Below, in pieces: positions 36,901 through 52,512 of a stretch of DNA of 64,000 bases. Origin of the DNA: Takakia lepidozioides. Lineage: Eukaryota > Plantae > Bryophyta. The DNA lies in contig CM060732.1 in NCBI GenBank assembly GCA_030704615.1, forward strand, positions 65,534,001-65,598,000, read 5' to 3'. The stretch's first letter is position 1; each line of letters begins with the position of its first letter. The position numbers and the translations under genes were made by a program. The notes under the pieces were generated by a model, which was not told the origin of the DNA, did not search any database, and was given only the letters and a program-made list of their open reading frames with translations.

Positions 36901-39900
36901 TGGCCTCTCATTCCCTTCCACTCGCTCCCTATCTCTCTCTCCCACCCCTTTCGTTTCAGCAACCTTCAGGGCCAATATTTCTGTTTTTGTACTGGTTTCC
37001 GTTCTTTTTAGCGCATCAACACTACGCCGAACTGTGGCATCCTGAGGACCTCTATCTAACCCTGCTCTAGCTGCCGACAGTACTGGACCCTTAGCTGGGC
37101 CAGCCCCTGCACTCCCATTAGTCAATGCTTCTGCAACTGTGGAGGTGCGCTGACGGACTACCCCAACATCAGAGCGACTCTCACGCTCAGCCTTTGAAGG
37201 AGAGGTAGCTGCCGCTCCTCGGATAGACCCAGCCTCCTCCCTGGCAGCACTGTTTGGATACACTTTGTTAGTTGTCCACATGCACTCTAAGCAAAGCTGG
37301 AATTCATATACAGAAAACATTTCACCTTCAGAATCAAGGAAATCCCAGTAAATGAGAAATACTTAATCCACAGACTGTAAGAAACTAGGAAACAAACTTG
37401 TCTGAAGATCAATCTGGCACGGAGTGATGTCGAGGGCAGGCATGGATCAAGGCTAAGACAGAGCTCACTCTAAATCCAAAGCCGGTTTAAGCCAAATGCA
37501 AGATCCTTTAGGGGCCTTAGAGATGGGGACTAACATTTACATTGATACTAGAGAGCAGAACAGTTACTGCTTGATCAAAACTGTGACACTGGCTGGTTGC
37601 AGTATGACTGACCTGCTTGCGGAAACCTGCAAAACAGCAGCTGAGGTTGGCCGTCGAGGTTGAGGCCGCACAGCCTGTGAAAAGGAGTTCTTAGACAATG
37701 AGATAGAATGGCAACACTATAGCCTCTTCCCTGTGTATACAAATATATAAAAGAACTAAATTGTCAAAGGTCCATGAATACAACCCTTGTCAATACCTCA
37801 GCCTCAGCACTCGCTGGCTTCGCGGATTTGGTAGCAGCATCCTCAATTTTCACACCCATTGCAGACCCTTGGGTGGATTGTGCCCCACGAGGCTGTCCAT
37901 CTGGTCCTGCTCTACTGGATGCTGGGGCTGACCCCCTACTAGGTGGCCCTGTGGCCTTCGAATCATGTGCACCTGACAACTTTGTTGTAGCAGCCACATT
38001 GCGCGGAGCTGACTTAACCGTAGGCACAGACCCTTTGATTTGTGACTCAGAAACAACCATGGTGGGCAGCACTGGTGACGGATGTGGTATATCACCACTG
38101 GCACTAACTGATTCAGTGCCACCTCCCCCACTACCTGTATTGGATGAAGGTTCAGTAGCTAGCATCATGCTTGGGGCACCAGATGAGAGTGGGGCTGCTC
38201 CAGACTTCCCAACTGAGGATCCTGGTTTAATTTCAAGATAACCCATTGTAAACTCTTCATCTGTGAGCCATACACTCTGCAAGAAAGAAACAGTTCAAGC
38301 CACATACCCCAATTTCGTCATTGTTGTACCAAAAAGAGAGATAACATCCTACTACATTTCGGCAGCCTTGTCACCATAACCCCAGAACCAGTGTTTTTTT
38401 TTTCATATTTCTAAAATCGCTGGCGGGGCCACCTGTGAATTCTACCCAGTGCCCATGTGGCGAGAATATCGAGGTAGCATTTTTGGAAAAGAGGCTATAT
38501 TCCAGGTGTCACGTTTTAACTAGTCCACGTCGGCAAGATTAGGCCCCCGAAATTTATCTGCTGCTGCTTTTTGGCGAAAAAGTCATATTTTACCCCCCCA
38601 TAATTCCTTTGTACAAGTAGCTGACGTAGTTTCCAGGTCAAAATTTGGCGATTTTTCGCCAGAAAGAAAAACACTGCTAAGAACCCTTTTAGAGAGAGCA
38701 TTACAGGGGGACAGTGAGCAGTAGGAGAGCAGAATAGCACCATCCCATCTTGGAAGGCTCACTTTAGTGAGAATTGACCTATAAATATAATCAGTAAGAT
38801 ATTCTCTAGACAAAAACCAGGATTCAGCCCCAAGGAGGGATGATACTTTCAGCATTGTCTCTGAGCCTTTCGAGCTATACAAATAGAAGTCCAGTGCCAT
38901 TGTTTTGATACTTTCAGTGAAACTTTTCGAAATGTGGTGCAACCTTTACAATTCATCAGAAAAAGTTCACTTCTGGCTTAGTTATATGCACAGATTCCTC
39001 TAATGGGTTTTCTGTTTCTGAGGTGGGTTACCAGATAACCATTCTATTGTCCAATTGAAAGGCCAAAAGAGAAAAAAAGAATGAAAATTTCTAACATCTA
39101 CGGTGAAGCTCAAAGGGCTTATGGGACAAAAGACAGAAGATACAAAAAATAATGTGGGGACCTCAACAAGCAGCCCAAAAACAACTGTTCAACATTAAGA
39201 GATTTTCTCAAGTAGAGAGCCTCATGCAGATTGGCTGCCAAGAGAAAAAGAGAATGGGGGTGAGAGCATAGGGGACAAAAAGACCTTGCGAGTAGCGAGG
39301 GCGGCAGCCACCCCAGTAGCAAGCACCTTAAGGTCTTCTCTTTCATCTCCTTTTATTTTGCTAACCTGCAGAACGTCAACATGCCAGTGAAGATGCAGTG
39401 GCTTGAAAGAGACCAGGCATTGCCAAGGCAATGCTACCATGGCACATAAGATGCCCTCTTTCAATTGTGACAGCTACAAGAAGCATCCTGGAAGCCAACT
39501 TTCACATGGATCTCTCGTGAAAGACAGAGAGTACAAACACCCTTCCATGCATGGAGCCCACAATGAAGTAGTGCAGCAGTTTGAACTTGCATGCCAATTT
39601 AGAAAGCCAGGAGACGTAGTCCAAATGTTCACACATCGTTCTGATTACTATAATCACCAGATTTTGTGGACTGCTGAAAACAAACTGTCACCTATCCGCC
39701 TATGTGCAATCTAATACTTTTAAGGGTAAAAAGATAAGAACTTCGAACCCTCCGTTCAAGATTGACGCCACTTTTCTTCGTAACAGGGAACACACTCGCT
39801 ATCTTTGTCAGCACGGTGAGTGCGTTACGAATCTCCATATACTCCTCGGACTCCAAGCATTGAATGAGCAGTTTGGTCAGTCGTGAATTCCACTTCCAGT

Positions 39901-42900
39901 GCACCTGCCACCCACACAGGTGCAACTCTTAAGCAAGGTATGTTGCACAAACACAGAACTGTAAGTAAAGGTTCCTCTAGTTTTAGGGTGATTCTAGAAG
40001 CTTAGCAACTTACAGCCCTGCCTGCCTAAACAGGCGTTTGTACCCTGGCACTACAGCAACCAGCACACCTGCCATTTTATGCGAATTGACCCTTTGCAAA
40101 TAGAAGCAGAACATACTTCTCTTTATCTTTTCTAGACAGAACATTTTCCAACCCATTCCAAGACTCTGGACCAGTGAAAGGCTCAGCTTCGAATGCTGCC
40201 TGGTCAACTGCTGAACTGCACATTTCAAACACAGGCCTCACTATAAAAGAGCGAGGTTAAAGACTCACCCGAACGTACTGACCAAAGGTCACGCGTGTAC
40301 TGTTTGGATCTCTGTACAGAACCGCGAACCCAGGCATATTTCCACACTCCTTGTCATATAATGCCTCTTCGCTCTGCCCCCCATGTACACCAATAACCAT
40401 GGCAGTAAGATGAACTGAAGCGGTAAGGAACCAATGAAGATAAGATGATTGAGAAGTGCCCCAACATCATCTAGCTAAAAAAAGATAGTATTGACACTTC
40501 AGTGTGAATTCCCTTCAGAGCTGAAAGCAAACCTTCCAATGGTACGCCATCTTCAAGGTTTCATACAAAAACCGTCCAAGTCGGCCTGCCTCAAATTCAG
40601 TGCAGCAGCAAATCATAGGAAACAATGTCTTGCAGATGAGGACATCAATGTGGTTGACCGAATTGAAAAATGGTGTGCCGAGTGAGTGGATAATGTGCAC
40701 AAACCTGCACCGAGCAACACTAAAATAGGTCAAGAGTGTAGACTATAGAGAACAACACTGGATCTCTCTTTGCCAATACCCACATAAAAGCCAGCTGCTT
40801 CCAGCTAGACACATCATGACATCTGATTGCACAATAATCTTACAACAAATCACACACAGCAGATTGATGCTTGTGTGAAGGGATTTCTAGAGGATATCTG
40901 GAAAACCCGGATTAATTCTTTATATGGAGGTAAGTCTTACTACCAACGTCAGCCCCTGACAGAGGTAGGTTCTGTCCCTTTTGTTCCCGCTCAAACTGGG
41001 CGCGGGGTCAATGGCCACAAGGCTACGGCAAACAACGTCTTATGAGTACAATAATCTTACAACAAATCAAACCAATCACACTCACTAAGGACAACCAAAA
41101 GCAAGCCAAGGCAATGCTAGGAACAACAACAGACAGAAACCAATTTTGCCGCTCTGAGATGCACATAAAATCAGGACAACAAAATCAGCAAATACATAGG
41201 ACCTACAACCCTCTGGATTCACCAACCTGGCACAATATACAGCATCCATCATACTCATAACACAGCGTGGGAAAATGCAGCGCTGCAAAAACTCCATGTT
41301 GATCTTCAAGGATTCCGAACACGAAGTCAACCATGAATCCTTCTCTCGCACCAACCGCTGGTTCACAGCAGTCACATTGGCCTCCTGCTTCTGCAACTCA
41401 ATTGAGAGGCGATCCAGCACCTCCTGAATCTTTTCTTTATCCTTCTTCCGCTTGGCTATTGCAGCATGCGAGTTGTCCGAGCTCTCCTCCAGGGTCTTCA
41501 GGGCTGCTCGCTGCTTCGCAATCTCTGTCTCGTATCTTTTGCGAGGTACATAGAGATCGTGCAGCGTTAAGCCCCAGAAAGTGGTGTATAATTCAGGTGA
41601 GAGGCTGATCCATGCCTTGGCTGGCAATATGGCACGAACTGCTGCAAGTAACTCCGACCACCTGGGGTGACCAATTCTGGAACAAAATTTTAGCATGGAA
41701 ACTTCATTGTGCAGAGACACCCTGCCATACTGTAAACATATTTTATAGCACAGCATCCTTGTCCTCATTGCAAAATCCGGAGATGATGACAAATGGTCAG
41801 TTCCTGCAGGGTAAAAGCACAACTTCTGTATGTCGAAAAATAGAGATTAGGCTCACACATCAACTTTCATTTATCTCATAATGCATCTTCTGGCTTTCCT
41901 GCTCTCCATGCATATATACTGTCACAATTTGACCTGCAGACCCATTTTTCCATTTCCCTTCTTTTCTACAAATGCTATGTTTCAACAACATATTGAAACA
42001 GTCATGGAATAAGAGGAATTGTGGTGTGTTCTACTGAAAGCCCAGCAGTGGTAGTCCCAACAAGGAGAATATATCTTACGTTACAAGCTTGCGATGAGGT
42101 CCTAAATCCAGCACCAACTCTGAAGATGTCTTAGTTGTCCCAGTTTCTTCTTTGTTTGGACCGGAATGAGCAGAAGCCTTGGAAGTGTCCACAGGCCAGG
42201 CCAGACTGGAGCCTTTATGAGGCTTGAAGAGTCGCATAACAGGCCTGTATATTAGGAAGGCTACCTGCACCAAGCTCCAGATACGAATGTATAATACACT
42301 GGGTAAAAATATACTCCTAAGCCAGATGATTGATGCAAGCCTACAGCTAGATTGACCTGGTATTTAGTTTGCATCCTAAATTGTCAGTCTGAAGAAAGAT
42401 GAGACTCACTAAACAACGCAAACCAAAGCATAAACCAAAGCATTGTGACCATATAATTGCATCCAGCTGGGATTGAGGAGAGACGCAAACTGCAAGGGAA
42501 AAGAACGATACTAGAAGGTACACGAGAGGGGGAGAAGTGCAAAAGTGTGGATACAGATAAGAGAGAGAGGAGGAAAGGATTGGGAGTTGCACCTCAGGTT
42601 CAAGATGATACTTCTGGACCAGATCATCAAGGCTCGGGATGAGCTGGGCATAAGCAGAAACGGGGGACACAGCACTTGTCAAGAAATCAACATACTGCAA
42701 CAATGTGCCATGGCACCGATCAAACTGCTCGCTCACCATTTTGATATATGGCGCACTTGCATTCACCACCACACTGTACAGGGGGAGCAAACTGCTGGTG
42801 AGGCCACTTTTATCTCAACCATTAGAGTGTTCTTTTCACCTTTCTAATCCAGAACTGAACTGCTGCACAGTCTTTTCTCTATCCACTTGTGAGACAATCC

Positions 42901-45900
42901 ATCATACCACAGCAAAAGAATCGATCAAATGTTATCATAGTTTTTAAGCCCCAATCCATCAGGTGCTCTCAAGATACTTACTGAGATCTTTGCTGAGCAA
43001 TCAGTAACAGCAAGGGCACTGCCAACTTTGGTTCATCCTTGGACAACAAGGAGTCCCGCAATCTGTTTGTTGACTTCATAAGCGCCTGCCCCACCAACAA
43101 CTCATGCTTAACTTTCCAACTTGACAGCCCTAAAAGAGTTCAAGCCACTAAAACCTACTGTTTTATAGAGGGCTAAAAACCTACACGGGTGATCGGAACG
43201 GATCTACATCACAATAACCTGCCCACAATCAATCATACACTTGTCAATGTAAGAAAAAAGATTGACTCCTGCTGAAGCAAGCGTAAATTATTGTGTCAAT
43301 TACACCGATCGACTACAGCATTCCGTTTGGACCTTCTAACAGCCGTAACCGCGGCAACTCAATTGCCCAAACCACCCCCAAGGACTCAAATGTCCCCAGG
43401 TACGCACACATTAGTTGACCAGTTGACCAGGGCCCCCATTTTATAGCTGGGTTAGCAATGTCCTTGCAACTAAACTTGGAACCTAACCCACACCAGCTTT
43501 GCACGTGTTGCCCCTCCATCCAGCATACCTTGTTGTTCCGGGTTACACCAAACGCTGTGGCCTGATAACGTATAGCATCTCCACCTGCCATCGCCTCCAA
43601 CTGGTCTTCAGTCACATTCTCGGTATATTCCACACTCGCCATCTGCTGCATCAATTCCTGCACAGCAATTTTCAGAGTCAGCGTTGATAAAAGAGAGAGA
43701 CAAAAATTTTCGGAGGCCAAGTCTTCCGACAAGGTGTGAAGACCAGAAGTGCTTCCCTGCTCACCTCAAGAGGCACTTCGTCTCGGCAACCATTTGAGAC
43801 ACTGTACTAGGAATCACATTCTTTTGGTCCATACAATGCATCGTGTTCATGCCATGCACTACCGTCTTCTGGAGCTGATTCACCAATTGGCAACAATTCA
43901 AGCTTAAGATCCAAGTGTAAGTCCTCTAAGACATAATACTGAATTGAGTCAAATTACCTGAAGCAGAATAAGCTCAATCCCTTCCCCCTTCTTCAGTTGG
44001 TTGACAAGGTACTGAAAAAGCCCCCGCAGCTCCATTGATGGATACTTCTTGCATCTGCAGTAGGAACCCTACCTTGAGCACAGGTCCTCTAGCTTAGAAA
44101 CCATGCTCGAAGTAGCCGTCTTATCTTATAGGTTGCAGTAGATTAAACTGATATATATAACTTCCGAGAGAGGAAACCTGTCCTTTGAAGGACCAAATTG
44201 CAGGTGCTATTGCAGAAGTAATCGCATCCAAAAATTGTGGAAATCCATGCTGAGCTGTAGAGATTGTAAAGGCTGCTGAAGGAGCGTAAAAACCTTCATG
44301 GAAGCCACTGCAAGAGCATAAGCAGGAGACCCCACAGAGAAGAAAGAAAATAAATACAAAAGAAGGAGAGAAGCGGAACATACAGATGGCCCCAAAAAGA
44401 GGCAAGTGACTGCAACCAATCAGACACATTAAGGCCATCGTCTTTCAGCTTTTCACGGCCACTCTGTGCCAGTCGCTCTATGACAACATATTCGAGGACA
44501 TCATACTCCAGCTGCAGCAGAAGCAGAAAACAGTCCATGTCAGTTCCAAACAGTCAACTTAAATTTACAGCTCAGCTCACTCCCTGATTGCATGTAGTTG
44601 TCCAGTCTACCTCTGAAATCAGCCGCAACTACTCCTGCCTGTTCAGGGACAGCCAAACCCTCATTCAGGTCTTTCATTATGAGAATCAGAGAAGCCTGAT
44701 GCTCTCTTGATGTTGGATCATAGTTTTCGGGCTGCTTGTTGAGAGTGCCAATTTCTTATTTACTCCTTTCTTCGGTGCCATAAGCTCTTCGAGCTTCCCC
44801 TGGACGTTATCAATTGTTTTCTCTTTCTTACCTCACTCAAACAAAGAGACTTACTTGTGTAAGATATTTGAAAGCGTCAACAACCGGCGCAATCATGTCC
44901 TTGTATGCCTCTATCTGCAACCATTGCCAGCAATCACTCAATGGATATCCACAAAAGTAAATAAACAACCAGATATTGCCTGCATGTCAATCCTTATACA
45001 AGGTATAAAGGAATAAACGAGGTAGTATCCAAGACAACGAGGTACCATACCTGGTGAACAATTGTCCGGAGAACTGTCATCGGGTTGGCATGTGCTATTT
45101 TAGCAACCATACGACCTAACTGCTTGAGATTCTCCTTGGCTAGCCTCTTCAGAATGCGTCGCGTGTCAAGCTGCTCCATTAACCACCCCACATAAGTTTT
45201 ACACATCTATGAAAATGTCAGCTCTCCAAGACCAAAAAAAAGATACACAAATATGGACTTCTTTGCGAGGACATAACGGCAAAGACAAGAGAAAACAGGA
45301 TATTTGCTATGGAAGAAAGCATTTCACGTCATGAACTTGACGGAGATTACCCGAGCCGTTTGGCGGGCTGCCAGGACCATGGGAATGTGCTCATCTTCTT
45401 TATCCCACTCCCCATACAGTCGATATCTCACCTGCACTCCCCCATTCCCACCAATGAATGTATCCTTCAAGGTTGTCCAAAGACACAACTGTGTAACCAT
45501 ATCCGAACTCAACAAATCAGCAAACAAGAGAACATAGGAATCGCTAGTAATCGCCAGTCAGCCATCGGCTCATAACAACAGGCAAGCCTTTTTAAGTCGA
45601 CAAGCTGTTCATGGAATGTAATCTGAGAAACAGAAAACCCCACCTCATAGGGTAGAAGACTCATAACTTCCCAGATTTCAAGCCCAACAGCTGGATTGGC
45701 TGGCAAAAGCTGCAATGAAGGAAGAAGACAAGCACCCAGCGCCTCCTCCAAGCGCAATCGAGCCTCTTTCAGAGCCTGACGTCCGTCTCTTTTCTCAATT
45801 TCTCCATTGTCTTGAGCACCCACAACTTGGGTTGGATGCAACGCTGACGAAGAAGCTGCTGAATAATACCCTCGTAATACGCGGCAAACCTGAAACCGTA

Positions 45901-48900
45901 CATACCCATACATTCTTTGATATAAGGAAAAGGTCTAATAATCTTTCAATGTACCAACTGATATAATGAGAGTCTGTCTGGCTGTATCTGGCTTCCTGTT
46001 TCTGTCTCACTTACTTTTTGAAGGAGAAGTACATCGCGGTGGAGATAAGGCCCGATACATGACAGCATTTGAAACAAGTCCCTTGGAAGTTCTGGCAAGC
46101 TGGCCGGTGTCATTTCAACATCCCCACCATTTGGCACTCCCAATTTGGACAAATATACAGGTCTCACATATCCATAGTATGGGGCAATAGCCTTTTCAAT
46201 TGCTCTGCTTGCACATTCCACCACAAAACTGTTAATATAGCAAATATGTGAGGACGACACACAGAGTACAAATATGTTTCCAGACAAGACATCTGCTGAA
46301 AAGCAATGACAGCAATATGCTACTCGAAGTTACAATTTTACGAGCTTACATACCTGCATAGCCCGTTGCAAATCTGGTCAAGAGCAACCGGATGCAAAGG
46401 AGCCAGACGCTCAAACAGAACATGTGCATGAGGCCTGCACCAATAATCCAACTTCACATCTGACTGGAACAAAATAGCATCACGACAAACTATGTAACCA
46501 GCTGTATTGCATGGCCAGCATCCACAACGGAAGTCCTGAGGCTGTACAGTAACTGCAGCTATTTGAAGCCAATTCATACTTTCTGGGAACTTCAACCCCC
46601 ATCACAACCTACCTCATTGTTCAGAAAGGACGTCATTTGGAGACACCTCAAGACCTAACTGGCATATTTACAGTCAAACAAGCAACATACTCACCAGTCG
46701 TCTACAGAGAGGAAGCCAATAAGAAGCCCCAGCTTTTGGTTAGTCAAAAGCTCATTTGCCCGCTCTGCCACTGCCTCACTCTCCATGTCCAATGGCGCAT
46801 ACAAATCAATTGTGACCTCCCCAGGTTTCTCATCTTCCATAAGATCTTTTCCTATAGCTGCCAAGTTGATCTTCCCTATCCTGTTAGCCTGCAAACCAAG
46901 GAGATATAGGCATCCACTGTATCTCAGTGATGGAAATGGGAGCAAGCAGGATGAAAGACATGAGCCATATGTATTTATCTCTTGTTCTAAATGGTTGGGA
47001 AAATCCCAAAGTCAAGACATCGCCAACTATTAGAGACTGCTGTAGCACGGCGTATTAATGCTGGGACAAAATGATTTCTTTGCTTTAAAAAGCATCTTTA
47101 GATGTACACCAAGCCGGTTCAAGGATTTGACTTCAAGAGTGGACATTTAGGTGCAAACTGACGTATTATTCATATATATAAAAGACTCATGTGTCAGGTG
47201 GTCATGATGTTTTACGTCACTAAGGCCGCCCATGCAGAGAATCAATGACAAAGGAGTCTGGAGAACATATACCTCATCCATGCGTTTTTTTGAAACTTCT
47301 TCATATTGCTCAAACGCCTCTCCATCCTTTGGCAACAAATGTGCGTATCTATTTCCAAGCAAACCAACACAAGACATCCAAACATGGCCACAACATCTTG
47401 ATGTATAACCAACCAAGTAAGGAGTAGAAGAGAATGTACTCATAGGACGTAGGAGTAGAAGAAGAGAGAGAGAGAGATCACATTACTTCCAGGCCTTGTC
47501 ACATAACCCCAACCCACAGGCCCCAGAGAACTGCAGATATCCCCACAAAAACGAAAAGTGTCTATGAAACAATCTACATTGTGTTCCAGCACAGCACTGA
47601 ATTAAACGCTACAGCATTACATGTACAATCAGAGTAAACTTACTGCCTCATGGTGGCTTAGGCTTCGCAGCAGTGACTGTGAGGTCCTCCCTTTGCAGTT
47701 CCAAGGAGAAACACCGCAGCCACCATTGGTCCAAAATCAGTCCCTACTAATGGGCTAGGTGATGTACATCTATACTAGCTTTGCAAGTCGAGATTACGAA
47801 TGTGATCAATAAACAACCACTCCTTTAAAATACTTCCACTGGCAACAAACGTGGCTACCAAGCAGAGGGGCAGCAGGTGACGTACATGCTATCTAGGTCT
47901 ATGCAGTCTGCTTTGATCAATGCAGCTGCTAATCTGTACAAAAAACTAGGCACTGGATCTTCGACGTCAGGTCGCTGGTAATATTGAAACTTGAAGCCAA
48001 GAATATGTGATGTGTGCGACTGTCACAGGCCACCAACACAGCCCACTCATGCAGTTAGACACAACAACAGTGGTCTGCGTATAGACCCCACAGGAGAAAC
48101 TATGGCCTTCTCAAAACTGACATGGTAATTTAGGACACCCCAGTAACCATCATTGAAAACAACACACTCAATAAGCCAAGACTGAGCCTATCAACTGCCA
48201 CATTTATTATTCATAGTCTGTAACCCCTGAAAGTTTTCACAGATGTCTGATTTCTCAATGCCTACCTGATTCCCAAAGTTACACCCTCAGGCATACCCAC
48301 CAAGTCCCAGTGTTGACACTCAAAAGAGGAATGCACCTTACCCCTTAACTTCCCACCATTTCTGGGGGAAAAACCAAATCATACGGTCTGCCTCAGTTCT
48401 TTGGTCCTCAAAGTTAATCAATGAAAGCTTACTAGCACCATTCAGGAAAACCTAAACTTACTGAATTTGACCACTATATAATTGGGCTGACTGACAAGGA
48501 GGTCAAACACAATTAAGAATGTACCTTGGGAAACAAAGGTATAAGCTCCAAAAATGTGTTGTTGTCCGGTTGCAACTCAAAACACTCCAACACCTGCCCC
48601 AAACGATCAATGGCACTTCACCTTAGCATGTGTTGACTCTTCCAACAGAGCATTCTTGGGCTAAACCCTATGCCAAAAATAGAGGAAACTGACAAGAATG
48701 GTGGCATGAGGCACGAAAGATGCACTTAAGACTAATATGAAGAGAAGTTAAGCATCACTTACAATGTCAAATACACGATTGGGGTCAAGATCAAAGTGAC
48801 CAATCAAAGACTGCAAAGTGAACAAGTACTTGGTTAGACACAGAATGACACTCCGCTGTCGACAGACAGTAACATCTGTTCCAATCTAAAAGCCCACTTT

Positions 48901-51900
48901 CTCAATCTGGAATGAGAAAGACATTATCTACTTGGCAAGCCACAACTACCTATTCTGAGTTTTAGAGATTTCCGGTCCCACTATATGCCTTAGGCATTCA
49001 TCTTTGAACACCACAAGTGACTGGCATACCTTCATAAGGCACTTCGTCAGCGTTTGGTATCTTCTTAAGGGGAATCTTTGGTTGTTTGTCCATAGGCTCC
49101 CCACAAGCGATATACTCTGTCTACGCCTCTTCAACTCCCTAAAGAGTCTTTCCACACTGGGCAGAAGTTACAACTATGAGTATCCTGCCTACCTTGTACA
49201 GGTCGAGAATTAAAGAACCCATGTGCACAATGTGAGGGCATGACGGGGAAGGACAGTCTACATTCTTCTGACATCCTGCAGCTGGTACTCATCCACATGA
49301 GAGCCCCTCTCAAAGGCTACAGAAAGCAAGTCTCTGAGGTAATTATCTCTCTAGCAACAATCATGAACCAACCCTGACATCCAATTAATTCTAAGCATCT
49401 TTGATAAAAATAAACAAACCTTGATGGTGCTGATCACTGTAGGGGCCGTCTGCTCTGTCAAACCATCAGGGCCTCGTTGGCTTAGTAGCGTCAACTGCAG
49501 AAAACCAGGAGAAAATAAAATTCTGAATAAACTTTGCTCTCAACACTCAGAATGTCTTCATCAACAAAATGCATGGTGATTATGAGCTAGAAATTTCAAA
49601 AATAAGAACACAACGTTGCTAAAAGCTAATGACTCCTTTCAAACTCAAGATGATCTTATAAACAATCAAGAGGTGTAAGTGCCTGTAGATTCTAGGCGCC
49701 CCTCCAGCAGTACAAGCAAGATTCAACCTCTGAAGGCACATTAGACATTGAGTTCTCAGCTACTCCCATAAATGCACAGAAGGCCAGTCTCTGGATGCCA
49801 ATCCCATCTGGTCAAGGCCGAGGTAGCCAGTTCATGAAGTTTGTTCCAAGTGTCCTTTCCCCTCCAAAACCAAAACAGGCAATAACTACAGAATGTACTC
49901 ATAAGACGTTGTTTGCCGTAGACTTGTGGCCATAGACCCTGCGCCCAGTCTGTGTGGAACAAGAGGGAACAGACACTACCTTTGTGAGGGGCTCACTCCA
50001 GTAGTGGGACTTACCAAAATAACTACAGAGTGAACGTACCCATAAGACATTGTTTGCTGTAGCCTTGTGGTCATAGACCCCGCACCCAGTTTGGGCGGAA
50101 CAAGAGAGAACAGACACTACCTTTATGAGGGGCTCCCTCCAGTAGGGTCAGTTCTTCCTGCCTAATATTCAGGTAAAAATCTCCTCTACCTTCTCCCACC
50201 AGGACGTAGGCTGCATAATAGGACAGTTTTGCTTCCAAGAAATAGAGTAGATCATCTTAGGGTATCTGGTATTAGGCGTGCAATTCAACTGACCAGCATC
50301 TGACGACCTCATCACGTCGAGAGCTCAAGGGTGGTTCGCCAAACTCACCCAGAACAGCCATGTTAGCTGTTCTAGAGCACAAGAGAGAGACAGAGAGACA
50401 GAGAATGTGGGCGGGTGGGTGGGTGTTGTGTGTATACCAGTTTTGCATAGCCCTCACTCTCCTCCCGTAAAAGGTTGAACTTTGTTTGCTGATATAGAAG
50501 CCTCGTATTTACTCGAACCTGTGATCCCAACTTCCCAAACTCACCTCAACTCTCTGTTCCACATCCCAGACTCTACTACTAGATGTTGGAAATTTATTTT
50601 ATGCACATATCCAGCTGCACAAGAATCACCAAACAAACCAGCTCACTCACTAACTGAATTTCCAGATTAGGCACACAGAGGTGATAGAACCAGGAAAAGA
50701 CCCTGTCTACCTGTAGCGACAAAATTCTAAGTGTGTTGAAGGTGCCCTGCATTCTCTATCCCCTTAGGATAACAAGGTAGAAAAGCTGGGAGGGCTATCT
50801 AACACACAAAACACCATGAATCAATCTTCTCCCTGCCTACAACACTTCAAATCCACTTAAGAACGGCAGAAGGAAAAGCAGCATACCTCTTTAGATTTCA
50901 AATCAGGAGCTTTGATCTTGATCATTTCAGCCTCCCACAAAAACTCTGCCTGTTATCATGCCAAAAAAAAGCAACACCAATACAACTGTTCAGGTCTGAT
51001 GGGCAAAAGATGAAACCTTGAATTCTAACCCAAATACAGCTAGCAATCAGATAACAACTTACTCTGGCATTCCATACAGACTTTCCTTGCACAGGTCGGT
51101 ACCTTCACATTTCTTAGACCAGAAAATGTTGACAACGTGAGTCACAACTCTAGCTTAATTGCCTTCATGTCTATCTAGAACACCTACACATTCCTAAAAC
51201 CATTGCTCTGCTATCATCATTCCATGGCAGGGCCTCTGCAAGACTATGGGGTCAATCAGATCCACCCTCATCTTTCTCGCTTCCCAACTATTACAAACCA
51301 GAATCAGCTACCGAAGTTTCAAGCTCCCTGCTTTAGTCTTGCTAACTTGGTCGATTTCGTCTCTGCATGCATAAGCTTCTCTGTCAGGCTGTCATGTCTC
51401 TACAGTCCCAAAACAGGACAGAGGGAAGGAGTGGCAAAACCAGATTTCCATGATAGTTTATTACCTCGCAGCGTTCCTGCAGCAACTTGACAGGCACCAA
51501 GCCTGAATCCACCAGCCATTTTGCCTGTCCAGCAATAACAATCACACTTAGCTGCAAGGCCAGGACAAAGTGAAGGCCAAATAAATGGTATGATCTGATG
51601 ACACGCAAACGACCAACTTCGAAACCCACACACTCACAGATTGAAGATAGTTCACCTGCTTGCCAACTGCCAATGGATCCACACAGACGACCTCAGACAG
51701 CTTAAGAATTTAGTACATGCTAATCACCAATCAGTTCTTTGGACATCCTTGCAACAACTTCTCATTGACGAACCAGAGAATTGTCACAGCTTTGAGTGTA
51801 AGCTATTGAACAATCCAGTCTCCAGATTTTCAGGCTTGCTCCAAATGGATAGTGTACAATAAGCTATATCATCCCTCAATCCAGTCTCCAGATTTTCAGG

Positions 51901-52478
51901 CTTGTTCCAAATGGATAGTGTACATTAAGCTATATCATCCCTCATAATTATTTCATTGAAATCCACAAGAGATCAAAACACTGCAGATATGAACGGCCTC
52001 GGTTCTCGCAGCCCATCAAACTTGTTGCCTAAGCATGCATTGAACAATACTGGACCAGCTTCCACCTCAGAAATCAAGAAAACTGAAGAAGAGCTCTCCA
52101 CTTACAGCTTCTATCAAACGACTCCGAAATTCACCAGGCACAGTGAGCTGCAAAAGATGACAAATACAGCCTTAGTTACTACCAAACATTCTGGTAACAA
52201 CAATCACCACCTTGAAAATGTCAAACTGCTGGCGAACAAAGCCTTAAGACATAGTTTTCACTGTCTGCTATCTGCCAAAGAGAATGCCATTCGTTTGGGG
52301 GGGGGATTCCAGTCAAGACTAGCGCCGTTACCACAAACCATCTACTGCCTCACATATAATATTAAGACCTCACGAGACACACTAGAATCAGGCAACCCTC
52401 GAAGGCATATTTAGACGCTGTAAGTCTCTCTCTCTCTCTCTCTAATGGCCACAAGGCTTCGGCAAACAACGTCTTATG

Positions 52479-52512
<34 letters not shown>

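Noticed and set aside
35852-38241. Long + strand ORFs (224 aa, 155 aa) opposite THO2
   Set aside because: Antisense shadows of low-complexity THO2 exons. No independent motifs.
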